Made by a program: the position numbers and the translations under genes. Shown here piece by piece: positions 43,760 through 52,222 of a stretch of DNA of 52,226 bases. The notes beneath the pieces were generated by a model. The model had not been told where the DNA came from and searched no databases. It saw nothing but the letters and a program-made list of their open reading frames with translations. Positions within the stretch are counted from its first letter, which is position 1. The number at the start of each line of letters is the position of its first letter. Origin of the DNA: a virus (lineage: Duplodnaviria > Caudoviricetes); IMG/VR virus record IMGVR_UViG_3300032286_001250, positions 1-52,226 of that record; one strand, 5' to 3'.

Positions 43760-46593
43760 TTGGCAGCCTGGTAGTGGCGCTTAGCTGCTAGGAACATGCG
43801 CACACGGGGTGGTAGCTCATCCTCAGCGTCACCACGGATCATATTGCCGATGTACTCGAACTGGTTGTCCGGGATCTCAGTGAACTTACCCTGGTTTTTC
43901 AGTGCCCAGAGTTTGTCGCCTTTCAGATTGGGAAGAGCCTTAAAGCCCATCTTCTCATAGATTGATTTGCGCTTGCCGCCTTTGCCGTCAGCTTTGTGCG
44001 GCACAGCGAACAAGAAAGCGTCATCCGGTAGCATATCGAGCTGAGCACTATACATCGCTTTTGTGGTCTTGATCAGCTGCTTGGCTTGTTTGCTTGGGAT
44101 GTCTGTGGCGGCGTCGTATTTTGTATCCACAGTGAATCCAAGGCCGAATTGCTGAAACTTCCCGACGTCAGCTTTGTGCTCAGCGCCGAAGGTTAGCAGG
44201 CTGTCACCCACGGAGCCGATAGAGATGTGCCCACCACTAGGTGTGGACCATGTGGAGAAATTATTGTCGATGTCTACAGCTCTGATTTGAGCTCCCTGGG
44301 CTTTTAGTGCCATGTGGGCTGCCCCCAGCTTGGCATCACCTACAAGCCTACTGACAGGGTCACGGAAGTTCTCGGGGAGCTTGGCGATAGCCTGCTTCAC
44401 TTGTTTGGCTGAGAGACCTTGTATGGCTTGTTGACTCAGGTTAGGGACAAGTGTTGAACGATTCTTGTACACAAACAAGCTGCCTGCCGTGAGAGCAGCG
44501 GCCCCGGTGACAGCAACTACAGCCGCGGCTGTCTTTACTTTTGAACGTGTGGAACTTTCTGGTGCGCTGGGCTGTGAAGGTTCTCTCTGACTGGGCGCAG
44601 CACTGGATGAACCTGGGGTTTCACCGCATTTGTGGCCTTTAGGGATGAAGCTGCGACCACAGGGCTTGCCCGTGTGCTGCGCTGCAGTCTGGAAATCCAG
44701 GCGACGTTGGACCTCCAGGAAGGAACGCACTCGTGGGGGGAGAGCGTCGCCGCGGAGGTGGGCCTGGTCGTAAGCCGTTTCTGCAGAGCCACGACTCCCG
44801 TATATGCGCTGTTTGTCAAGTCCTTGTACCCGCTCAAGTGAGCTCACAGCTTGAGCACGAGTCTCGCGCCTGGTTACATTCTTAATGGTGACTGTTTTAT
44901 TAAAATTGATGCCGCTCAAGTCGTAGTATTGGCGACCTGACGGATTGGCTAGCTGCTGGCGCTCCCAAAGTCTAATTTTACTCTCTTTCCCTGGTACTGC
45001 GTATTCGAGGCCGGGTTGGCGTTGGATAATGCGGAATGCCTCAGCTATAGATGTTACTTTCTGGCCAGACCAGTCGGCAGCAGCTGTAAGAGCTTCGCGA
45101 TCAGTAATGGCGAAACTATTGACGCCTCTTACCTTTGTGTTGAAGAAGGCTTTGTTTACAACCACCCCAGCCGAGGATCCGGGGACGGTGAGCCGGCTAT
45201 TCATAACGGCTGCTACGTGTCGTGCATGGGCGTATTCAGCATCTTGCAGGAGTTGGGCGCGATTTCGTGCGCTGCCTTCTAATTTTGTATCTAGTTTCAA
45301 TTCATCCGCAGTACGCGCATAGAACTTGTCGAATTGACTGAGAGTATCGTTATACACACGCTTGGCTTCGCCGTTAATCACCTCTGTCCTATTCTGGAAC
45401 AATAGATAGCGTTCGACTGTGTCGACGGCGTCGCTGCGCATGCTGTCTGGGAGATGCACACCGCTCTCGGTGAGAACACTGTTTGCGAATGCTCGGCGAG
45501 TGCGCTGCCGCGTTAGATCTACGCCACGCTGTACGGCCAGTAGCTGGAGTGCGCTTGATTGATCTTGAATTTGGTCTGCCAACGCACGGACAACTGCATG
45601 ATCGGTGCTGAGCCGACTGATGTTACTACGATCGCGCAAGCTGAAAGTGTCAGCCAGGAATTCTTTGGTGGCATCGCCGCTGTACACAATACGATTCGTA
45701 GGCTTGCCGAAACGATCTTTCACGCGAATGTCAAAGAGCTTTCGTGTGCTTTCACGCAACCATTCCTGACGAGTTACGCCTGGAGTGTTTTGAGCAAGGC
45801 GCACTTCTTCGTTGATGTGGCTGCTGATTGCTGCGGAGTAGCTCGTCGTCGTCGAAATGGTGCGGGGGAGCGGGGCGCCTGGCCGCTCAATCTGAGCCAG
45901 CATCGAGGCTGGACCAACACTGTTGGTGTGACGCAGGCTTTGGGCGATGGAAGCTGCGCTCTGTCGCCCTCGGAGGCGGGTGTTTTCCCGTGGGCCGAGG
46001 GCGCTGGGATCGAAACGGCGGACCACGCCCATGACGGCGTTCTCTCCGGTATCCATTGCCCGACTGAAAGTGTCGAAAGCTGCCTTGTTAAAGGGTTGGT
46101 AGACCCGATCCCTATAAAAAGGGATATTGGCGAGACCACGGTGTGCAGCAATACCACCAGCGACGGCGGCTGTGATACCTACAATTAAACCTGTACGCTT
46201 CAGTAGCTCTTTCTGCTTCTCTTTCTTGTCTTGAATGTTGCCGGGAGTGGCTTTGACCACGCCGCGGACGATGGCGCGGCGGCCGGCGTCTACCTCGGCG
46301 ACGCTGCCTTTCTTGATGCCCTTGATGACGCGGCGGAAGCCACGCTCGATTGAGGCGGCTCCGCCGACGGGGTCGGTGGTGGCGGCGCGGAGGTGGTTGT
46401 CGGTGCCCTCACCCTTGAGGCGGCAGTCCCAGTTGGGTGGGATGCAGCGGTTGCCACAGAGTTTGTTGGGTGGGGTGCATTTGACGTTGCGGCGCGTCTT
46501 GCCGGAACGGCTGAGGCCGGGGGCGTCGAGGCGGGCCTGGGCGGCCAGGAAGGTGGCGGCGCGAATCTCGGAGCGATCTGGTGTTGTGGTCAT
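43747..46593 (-). CDS. two-module head-region polyprotein (C-terminal GNAT-like domain)
   Basis: ATG at 46593 overlaps the portal stop (ATGA); two RLD + Cys-motif + hydrophobic-helix modules. Confidence 0.75.
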   Translation of the reverse strand: MTTTPDRSEIRAATFLAAQARLDAPGLSRSGKTRRNVKCTPPNKLCGNRCIPPNWDCRLKGEGTDNHLRAATTDPVGGAASIERGFRRVIKGIKKGSVAEVDAGRRAIVRGVVKATPGNIQDKKEKQKELLKRTGLIVGITAAVAGGIAAHRGLANIPFYRDRVYQPFNKAAFDTFSRAMDTGENAVMGVVRRFDPSALGPRENTRLRGRQSAASIAQSLRHTNSVGPASMLAQIERPGAPLPRTISTTTSYSAAISSHINEEVRLAQNTPGVTRQEWLRESTRKLFDIRVKDRFGKPTNRIVYSGDATKEFLADTFSLRDRSNISRLSTDHAVVRALADQIQDQSSALQLLAVQRGVDLTRQRTRRAFANSVLTESGVHLPDSMRSDAVDTVERYLLFQNRTEVINGEAKRVYNDTLSQFDKFYARTADELKLDTKLEGSARNRAQLLQDAEYAHARHVAAVMNSRLTVPGSSAGVVVNKAFFNTKVRGVNSFAITDREALTAAADWSGQKVTSIAEAFRIIQRQPGLEYAVPGKESKIRLWERQQLANPSGRQYYDLSGINFNKTVTIKNVTRRETRAQAVSSLERVQGLDKQRIYGSRGSAETAYDQAHLRGDALPPRVRSFLEVQRRLDFQTAAQHTGKPCGRSFIPKGHKCGETPGSSSAAPSQREPSQPSAPESSTRSKVKTAAAVVAVTGAAALTAGSLFVYKNRSTLVPNLSQQAIQGLSAKQVKQAIAKLPENFRDPVSRLVGDAKLGAAHMALKAQGAQIRAVDIDNNFSTWSTPSGGHISIGSVGDSLLTFGAEHKADVGKFQQFGLGFTVDTKYDAATDIPSKQAKQLIKTTKAMYSAQLDMLPDDAFLFAVPHKADGKGGKRKSIYEKMGFKALPNLKGDKLWALKNQGKFTEIPDNQFEYIGNMIRGDAEDELPPRVRMFLAAKRHYQAAKCPA

Positions 46594-48461
46594 GCGTACA
46601 CCTCCCAACCTGCTTTGAGGGAATCGGCTTCGACCTCGGGGATAGGTGTCAGTCCTGCCACAGTTTGTCGAGGCCAGAGTTTCTCGAGTCCGCTGCGGGC
46701 GGCGCGGAGGGTGGCGAAGCCGGTGACATAGGGACCTGGGACCAGCTCGTCTGCTCGTGCGAACGACGCCCGGTAGAGGCGATAGGCGCGGGTGCGCTGC
46801 GGGCCAAGCACCAGGAGGGGAGCGTCGGCTGAGCTGTCGGTGCGCTGGCCATCGGGGCCGACGAGGTAGCCCGCCCGGACATCGCCGGCAGTGTGCGTCA
46901 CCCGGATGCGCAGGCCTCGGACTTCGTAGACATCGAAAGCGTCCTGCTTCGCGTTCGGGTCGGGCTCTGCCGGCAGGATGCCTCCACCGTTGGTGGGGTC
47001 TGGCTCCGCCGGAGCTGCTCCGCCCTCGGGGGGCTGTGGGGCGCTGGGATCAGCCGCAGGCTGAGGGTTGAGCATGGCGTCCTGCTGCGCCTGCATTGAG
47101 AGCAGGGAGTTCTGGAACTCCGCGTCGGCCTGGGTGGCCAGCTGCTCGGTGACCGCCTCGTTGAGGGTGGTTTCGGTGCTGTAGCTGGTGCCGCCGAAGC
47201 GGGACTCGCGCACTTCGATCGCCTTGAGGACACCGGAGTTGATGTATTGGACGTCGGTGGCGGCCGTGTTGGCCCGCAAGTTGGCCTTGTCCTCTTCAGT
47301 CTGGGTGAAGACGGAGGGGAAGCTGACGGCCCAGGACTCGGGGGGCTTGCCGCGGGTCGGGCCTTCCCGGCTGAGGAGGATGTAGGTGAAGGCCTCGGTG
47401 AGGGCCGGGCGGCAGTAGACCTCTTGCCATTGCTCGACGATCGAGGCCCAGACGCGCTCCTCGAAGCGGCCCTCCTTGCCCAGGCCGCCGGGCGACTCGC
47501 CCATGAGGATCGAGGCGGGCCAGCCCGTCTCGGCCTGCAGGGCGGTGACGAAAGGGTCGGTGGCCGAAGCGATGTTGCCTAGGGCGCGGCTCAAGAAGGT
47601 GACGTCCTCCTCGGTGTCGATCGCCATGCCCCCATAGAGGGAGCGGGAGAGGATGTTGGCCTCCAGGCGTTTGCGCATCCCCTCCTCGTTGCCCTGGGCG
47701 AGGCGGTTGAACAGGCCTGGGATCTTGTGGACGAACAGGTCGGCGTCGGAGACCATGTTCTCAAGGCCGGCCAGGGCCGATTCGTAGCGCTTATAGGCGT
47801 GCCACAAGAGCTGCAGGACTGACTGGCCCCAGCCTGTGTTACGGGTGCGCAGCTGCCAGGGCAGATACAGACCGTCGAAACGTGCTACACGACTGTGATG
47901 CACATGCACATCGACATACGCTTCGCGTTGTGCGTCGGTCAGCTTCTGACTGGTGGTGATCCGGTAGTGCTCAGGCTTGGAGTAATCCGCTGAGGTGAGC
48001 TCCGTCGGGATCAGCTCCCAGCGGGAGAGGGGGATGAAACCCCGGATGGCCCGGATGCGGGAGGTGTTGACCGGTTCACTCTCGGGGAGCCCGTCGTCGA
48101 TCAGCATCACCAGGCCGGCGCCGCCGTAGAGGCGCTGGAGCTTGACGACCTCGGAGTAGGCCTGGTGGAAGTTCGTGTTCTTCAGGAACTCCTCGACCTT
48201 GGTGATCACCTCGTTGTCGGTGTTGTCACCCCCGAGGGTGATGGTGACGCGGTGCCGGAGCATCTCGTCGGCGACGCTATCTACCAGGCGCCGGGGAAGT
48301 CCGTTGAGATAAAGCTGCTCAAGTTCTACGCTGCTGAGCAGCTGTTGTACATTAACTTGTGTCGCTGTAGTCCGGTCTTTCCCGGTTGTACCCATTCCCG
48401 TCAATACATTGACTAAGGAACCGTCGTTCCGGTAATCTTCAGTAGGAGCGACGGTGGGCAC
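46590..48461 (-). CDS. portal protein (DUF1073-type) with C-terminal extension
   Basis: N.LTG.G...LY....RRLVD..ADEM.R...RLYGGAG...VHHSRV..FDG...WGQSVLQ...P..ILMGESPGGL; follows terminase. Confidence 0.88.
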   Translation of the reverse strand: MPTVAPTEDYRNDGSLVNVLTGMGTTGKDRTTATQVNVQQLLSSVELEQLYLNGLPRRLVDSVADEMLRHRVTITLGGDNTDNEVITKVEEFLKNTNFHQAYSEVVKLQRLYGGAGLVMLIDDGLPESEPVNTSRIRAIRGFIPLSRWELIPTELTSADYSKPEHYRITTSQKLTDAQREAYVDVHVHHSRVARFDGLYLPWQLRTRNTGWGQSVLQLLWHAYKRYESALAGLENMVSDADLFVHKIPGLFNRLAQGNEEGMRKRLEANILSRSLYGGMAIDTEEDVTFLSRALGNIASATDPFVTALQAETGWPASILMGESPGGLGKEGRFEERVWASIVEQWQEVYCRPALTEAFTYILLSREGPTRGKPPESWAVSFPSVFTQTEEDKANLRANTAATDVQYINSGVLKAIEVRESRFGGTSYSTETTLNEAVTEQLATQADAEFQNSLLSMQAQQDAMLNPQPAADPSAPQPPEGGAAPAEPDPTNGGGILPAEPDPNAKQDAFDVYEVRGLRIRVTHTAGDVRAGYLVGPDGQRTDSSADAPLLVLGPQRTRAYRLYRASFARADELVPGPYVTGFATLRAARSGLEKLWPRQTVAGLTPIPEVEADSLKAGWEVYA

Positions 48462-48500
48462 TGCGTTATTAGCCTCTCTGAGGACAATTTAACGCTGCCA

Positions 48501-48598
48501 CACGATGATGCGGTCGCCGTTCACGAACATGCGCGTGCTACGCACAAACATGGGCAAGCTGCGCACGAACATGGGCACACCGTTCACAAACATGGGCA
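48501..48598. repeat. 21-bp-phased direct repeats (CAC[G/A]AACATG)
   Basis: Cores start at 48501 (degenerate), 48522, 48543, 48564 and 48585, exactly 21 bp apart. Confidence 0.85.
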
Positions 48599-48627
48599 GG
48601 GCGTTCGCCCGCGCAGCGGGCGGCGGG

Positions 48628-50109
48628 CTAGAGGTTGTCGAAGAGGGAGGAGATGGTCTGGGTTTCGGGGATGAGGGAGCAGGCCATGGCCAGGGCCATG
48701 ACGGTGTCGTCGTGGGTGCCGGCGGCGGCCTCGCGTGAGCCTCCCTCCTTGTGCTGGAAGGAGCGCAGCTCCGCTGGGATGATGCCTGGGGGGAAGATCA
48801 GCTCGTCGCGCTCGAGGAGGTAGAGGACGCGGTCGGTGGCGGTGAGCTTGCTCGGCCGGCTGGTGCTGAAGGTCTCGATGGCGTAGGTGGGCAGGATGCC
48901 CTGGAGGACTTCAGCGATGACCTGGCCCATCGCCTGTTTCTCCACGACGACACGCTGGGGCATGTAGTCCTCGATGAGGTTGCGGACCTTCTGGAGGCTG
49001 TATTCGGTGCTTTTACCGTTTTCGCGGAACATGCCAACGACCTCGAAGGGCGCCTTGCTGATGTCGAGGACCAGGGCGACGAAGTAGTCGTTGCCTCCGG
49101 CGTTGGGGTCGATGCCGACCACGTAGTGGCGGTTGACGACGCCACATTCGCGCCAGTGGCCGCGGGCGGCTCGGGTGACAAGTGCGGTGGGGTAGACCTG
49201 GGTGTCAGTGGCGCCGAAGGCCAGTTCGTACTCGGAGGCCCAGGCGCTGCGCGTCATGCGGCGCGACTCGCGGGTCTTGTCTGCCCAGTCGGGGTCTTTG
49301 CTGTAGACGGGGTGCTGGCTGTAGTGGATCGCGATCCGGTTCCAGTCGTCTTTGATCAGGGCGAGTTCGGTGTTGAGCCCGTCGATGTCGCCTGTCTTGA
49401 CGTGGTCGTACCAACTGGTGGGGATGCCCTGGTGCCAGAGGCCGCCGAAGAAGTCGACCTCGGTGTCGGGCGTGGAGGTGATGATCACCTTGGCGGCGTC
49501 GCCCAGCATCGAGAGGACGGGCATGGCGCCCCGGTAGATCTCGGCGGCGCCATCGAGGAAGGCCGCTTCATCCAGCCAGAGGACGGAGCCCGAAGGGATC
49601 CCTCGGGCGGCGCGGGGTGAGGCCGGCAGGAAGTAGAGGGTGCCCCGGCCCTCGAAGGCGATCTGGGTGGTGGAGTCAGTGAGGTACTTGAAGCTCTCGC
49701 CGACGATCGAGTTGGCCATGGCCCGGACCCGGCGGCCCAGCTCGCTGGCGTCGCTCTGGGTCTTGGAGAAGACGACGGCCGCGAAGCCGCGCTCGGTGAG
49801 GGCGCGACAGAGGAGGTAGCTGGCGACGGTCTCGGAGACGCCCATCTGGCGGCTCTTGTTGACGATCGTGTTGGGGGCGGCGTTGATCGCCCGGACGAGT
49901 TCGATCTGGAAGTGGTAGGGGTCGAACTGGGCGACGGTGCCGCTGGTACGGATCCAGGTCTTGCGGGCGAAGGCCGGCCAGTTGGACACGCCGGGCAGGG
50001 TGGAGACGGGCTTCGCCGCGGCGGAGTAGGTGTTGGCCCGCTGGTTCTGGCGCCGCACCTCCTCTTCGAGGCGGGCCAGGCGGGAGCGCAGCGGGGCGAG
50101 GGAGCTCAC
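48628..50109 (-). CDS. terL: terminase large subunit
   Basis: KSRQMGVS Walker A, WLDEAAF Walker B, TSTP coupling motif; GIDP, VEK and HDDTVMALA nuclease motifs. Confidence 0.93.
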   Translation of the reverse strand: MSSLAPLRSRLARLEEEVRRQNQRANTYSAAAKPVSTLPGVSNWPAFARKTWIRTSGTVAQFDPYHFQIELVRAINAAPNTIVNKSRQMGVSETVASYLLCRALTERGFAAVVFSKTQSDASELGRRVRAMANSIVGESFKYLTDSTTQIAFEGRGTLYFLPASPRAARGIPSGSVLWLDEAAFLDGAAEIYRGAMPVLSMLGDAAKVIITSTPDTEVDFFGGLWHQGIPTSWYDHVKTGDIDGLNTELALIKDDWNRIAIHYSQHPVYSKDPDWADKTRESRRMTRSAWASEYELAFGATDTQVYPTALVTRAARGHWRECGVVNRHYVVGIDPNAGGNDYFVALVLDISKAPFEVVGMFRENGKSTEYSLQKVRNLIEDYMPQRVVVEKQAMGQVIAEVLQGILPTYAIETFSTSRPSKLTATDRVLYLLERDELIFPPGIIPAELRSFQHKEGGSREAAAGTHDDTVMALAMACSLIPETQTISSLFDNL

Positions 50110-50702
50110 TGCCCCTCCACATCGATCACGGCGTCAATGGGGTCGACCTCGGGGGGATCGGTGAGCTCGTCGTCGGAGAAGCTGGCGCCTTGCATGTGGC
50201 CTTCACCGGGCTCGGGGGAGACGGCGGCGCCGAAGAGGCGGGTCTCGAGGTCGCGGATCTGGCGTTCGAGGCCCCGGCGGGCGGCGTACTCGTTGGCGGA
50301 TTGGATCAGGGTGCGGGAGGCCTGGATGCGGTCGGCGTCGCGGGAGTCGGGGCTGCTGACGATCGAGCGGAGGACAGAGACGACCTCGGGGAGGAGTTCG
50401 GCGCCGCTGCTGCCACCCTCGAAGGTCTCGATCTGGTGGGTGTAGATGGCATCTTGGACGTGGCGGCGTTGTCTGTAGTTATAGACGGTCTTTTCTGATA
50501 CACCGGCTTTGATGGCGGTGGCACGAAGAGTGTTGCCGGCTGCCAACATTTGGACGACGATGCGTTCGCGCTCGTTCAGTCCGTCATGCCAGTGAGACTT
50601 TTGTCGGCCCATTTGATGTAGGGATGGGTGCGGAAAGTTGCCCCATCCTACGGGTTTTTGCTGGCTAGGGTGTGGGCCAGAAGGCTGCACAACCTCGGGC
50701 AT
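50106..50702 (-). CDS. terminase small subunit (putative, HTH)
   Basis: LAAGNTLRATAIKAGVSEKTVYNY HTH immediately upstream of terL; start uncertain. Confidence 0.65.
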   Translation of the reverse strand: MPEVVQPSGPHPSQQKPVGWGNFPHPSLHQMGRQKSHWHDGLNERERIVVQMLAAGNTLRATAIKAGVSEKTVYNYRQRRHVQDAIYTHQIETFEGGSSGAELLPEVVSVLRSIVSSPDSRDADRIQASRTLIQSANEYAARRGLERQIRDLETRLFGAAVSPEPGEGHMQGASFSDDELTDPPEVDPIDAVIDVEGQ

Positions 50703-51009
50703 AGGTGAGCTGTTCGGACTCGGCGAAGCCTATGTCGCACTTGCCGACGCGCTCACCCTCGACGCGCTGGCGCACGGCGTGGCGAGTGAAGTGGATGCAG
50801 TCGTTGCAGGTGCGCTTGAGGGCGCCGGGTTCTAGGCGGGGGACATCGGGGAGGATGTCGTTGTTGATCATCCCGTAGCGGATCTTGCGAACGGTTTCGC
50901 GTTGTAGGCCAACACGTAGACCGATCTCTCGGTGTGACATCTCGATGGGGGACTCGAGGATGGCAAGGGTGAGAGCTTCGCGCTCTTCTGTGGTGCGGTG
51001 GGACGGCAT
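50665..51009 (-). CDS. HTH + Cys-rich protein
   Basis: SHREIGLRVGLQRETVRKIR HTH, then CNDCIHF...C...C putative Zn site. Confidence 0.6.
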   Translation of the reverse strand: MPSHRTTEEREALTLAILESPIEMSHREIGLRVGLQRETVRKIRYGMINNDILPDVPRLEPGALKRTCNDCIHFTRHAVRQRVEGERVGKCDIGFAESEQLTYARGCAAFWPTP

Positions 51010-51012
51010 TGA

Positions 51013-51237
51013 CTAGAAAGTGGGCGTGGCTTTGCCTGCTTGTTCCATGGCGGTGGCCATGACAGCAGCGGAGCGGAGGATTGTTGATAGCTTTGCTGGC
51101 TTGGCGCCCTGGCTGGCGGCGATGCGCAGGGCGAATCGAACGCCCTGGCTGATGTTGCCGTTGCCGAGCTCGAGGGCGAGCAGGCGCTCCTGGCCGGTCA
51201 GGCGGACGCCGCTGACCGCGGTTTTGCGGTCGGTCAT
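51013..51237 (-). CDS. small DNA-binding protein (RHH-like)
   Basis: VSGVRLT...LG.GNISQGVRFAL pattern. Confidence 0.5.
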   Translation of the reverse strand: MTDRKTAVSGVRLTGQERLLALELGNGNISQGVRFALRIAASQGAKPAKLSTILRSAAVMATAMEQAGKATPTF

Positions 51238-51629
51238 CGGTGGGTCCCAAGTTCGGTGCCATCTCCTAACGAACCCCTAATTTGCGCCAGATTTGGAGTT
51301 CCCCAGCGGGCGAGGACGGCGCAGGCGATCCGAAGGCAGTCAGTGATGAGCACATCTTCTATCCCAGCCTTTCGCACAGTCTTGATAATTTCCTCATTCG
51401 TCGGCCCCTCCGGATCAGAAAAGATAGAAGTCTTTTCTAAAGCAAGGCGAGCATTTCCGACAGATTCATGCATGTCTTCGTGCCACTGCTCGAAGCTTTC
51501 AATGTCGTCCATGCTTCGTCCTTTCTTTGGGAATCCATTGTCAAGCAGCATTTCCAAGCGATCAGCGACACAGCGAAGATTCGCCCGCAGAAGTTGTACT
51601 GCTTCGCGGTTTGTTTCAGGATCAGTCAT
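51234..51629 (-). CDS. hypothetical protein
   Basis: 131 aa; 4-bp overlaps with both neighbours. Confidence 0.6.
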   Translation of the reverse strand: MTDPETNREAVQLLRANLRCVADRLEMLLDNGFPKKGRSMDDIESFEQWHEDMHESVGNARLALEKTSIFSDPEGPTNEEIIKTVRKAGIEDVLITDCLRIACAVLARWGTPNLAQIRGSLGDGTELGTHR

Positions 51630-51886
51630 TCAGGTAGCGCCTCCAGCTCGGCGGCGATGGCGAGGAACTCAGCGCGGTACTGGATGTGGGCTGCCAAGAA
51701 GCCCTGGGCATACTCATCGAAGTCTTCGCATGGTGGGTGATCTGGTGAGATCACCTGATCAACAGCGGCGCGAAGGGCGGCGGCAACTGCGGCTTGGTGG
51801 ATTTGAGTTGTTATGGGCTCGTTTGGAGTGGCCCAGTAGGCATCCATCACCGCCTGCGCGGCGTAGGGGGAAAGACTACTCATCAC
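51626..51886 (-). CDS. hypothetical protein
   Basis: LSPYAAQAVMDAY...AAALRAAVDQV...FLAIAAELE, a pattern recurrent in cyanophage small ORFs. Confidence 0.6.
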   Translation of the reverse strand: MMSSLSPYAAQAVMDAYWATPNEPITTQIHQAAVAAALRAAVDQVISPDHPPCEDFDEYAQGFLAAHIQYRAEFLAIAAELEALPE

Positions 51887-52064
51887 CTTGATCCGGGAGA
51901 GGTGGGAACTGGTCCCAGGAGCAGAACATCAATAGACAATCCTCCGGGCCGACTAACATCCAGGCAGTACCGTCGTCTGCAATCGCGTGCCATTTGTGCG
52001 AGTCCTGATGGGGGCAAACTGTGTGAGTCAATGACACAATCTTGCGGGGCTTTTGCTTGCTCAC
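51876..52064 (-). CDS. hypothetical protein
   Basis: 62 aa, coupled to neighbours; AIADDGTAW...W...PPLP. Confidence 0.55.
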   Translation of the reverse strand: MSKQKPRKIVSLTHTVCPHQDSHKWHAIADDGTAWMLVGPEDCLLMFCSWDQFPPLPDQGDE

Positions 52065-52222
52065 TGCGAGAGCCTCCAGCTGATGAAGATGGTGACCAGG
52101 CTGATCAGGATGTTGAGCGTGACGAGGTTGTGGAGGTGGCGAAGGCTGGTGATGCTAACCAAGGTGGTCCGGGGGGTTCGTTGATTGAAGCGGGGCAGCT
52201 GGACCGTGTTACGGGTGTTCAT
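52061..52222 (-). CDS. small membrane peptide (53 aa)
   Basis: Not in the ORF track; ATG at 52222 to TGA at 52061, overlapping the next GTG; C-terminal LVTLNILISLVTIFISW. Confidence 0.35.
   Translation of the reverse strand: MNTRNTVQLPRFNQRTPRTTLVSITSLRHLHNLVTLNILISLVTIFISWRLSQ

Noticed and set aside
46590-48461. Anti-CBASS Acb1 function (a label often attached to DUF1073 proteins)
   Set aside because: Position and motifs indicate a portal; no paired HxT/S 2H-phosphoesterase motifs seen in the C-terminal extension.
48501-48598. Mini CRISPR array, or the 77 aa ORF 48505..48738
   Set aside because: The 10-bp cores and 11-bp spacers are far too short and there are no cas genes; the ORF only reflects the 21-bp period and overlaps terL antisense.
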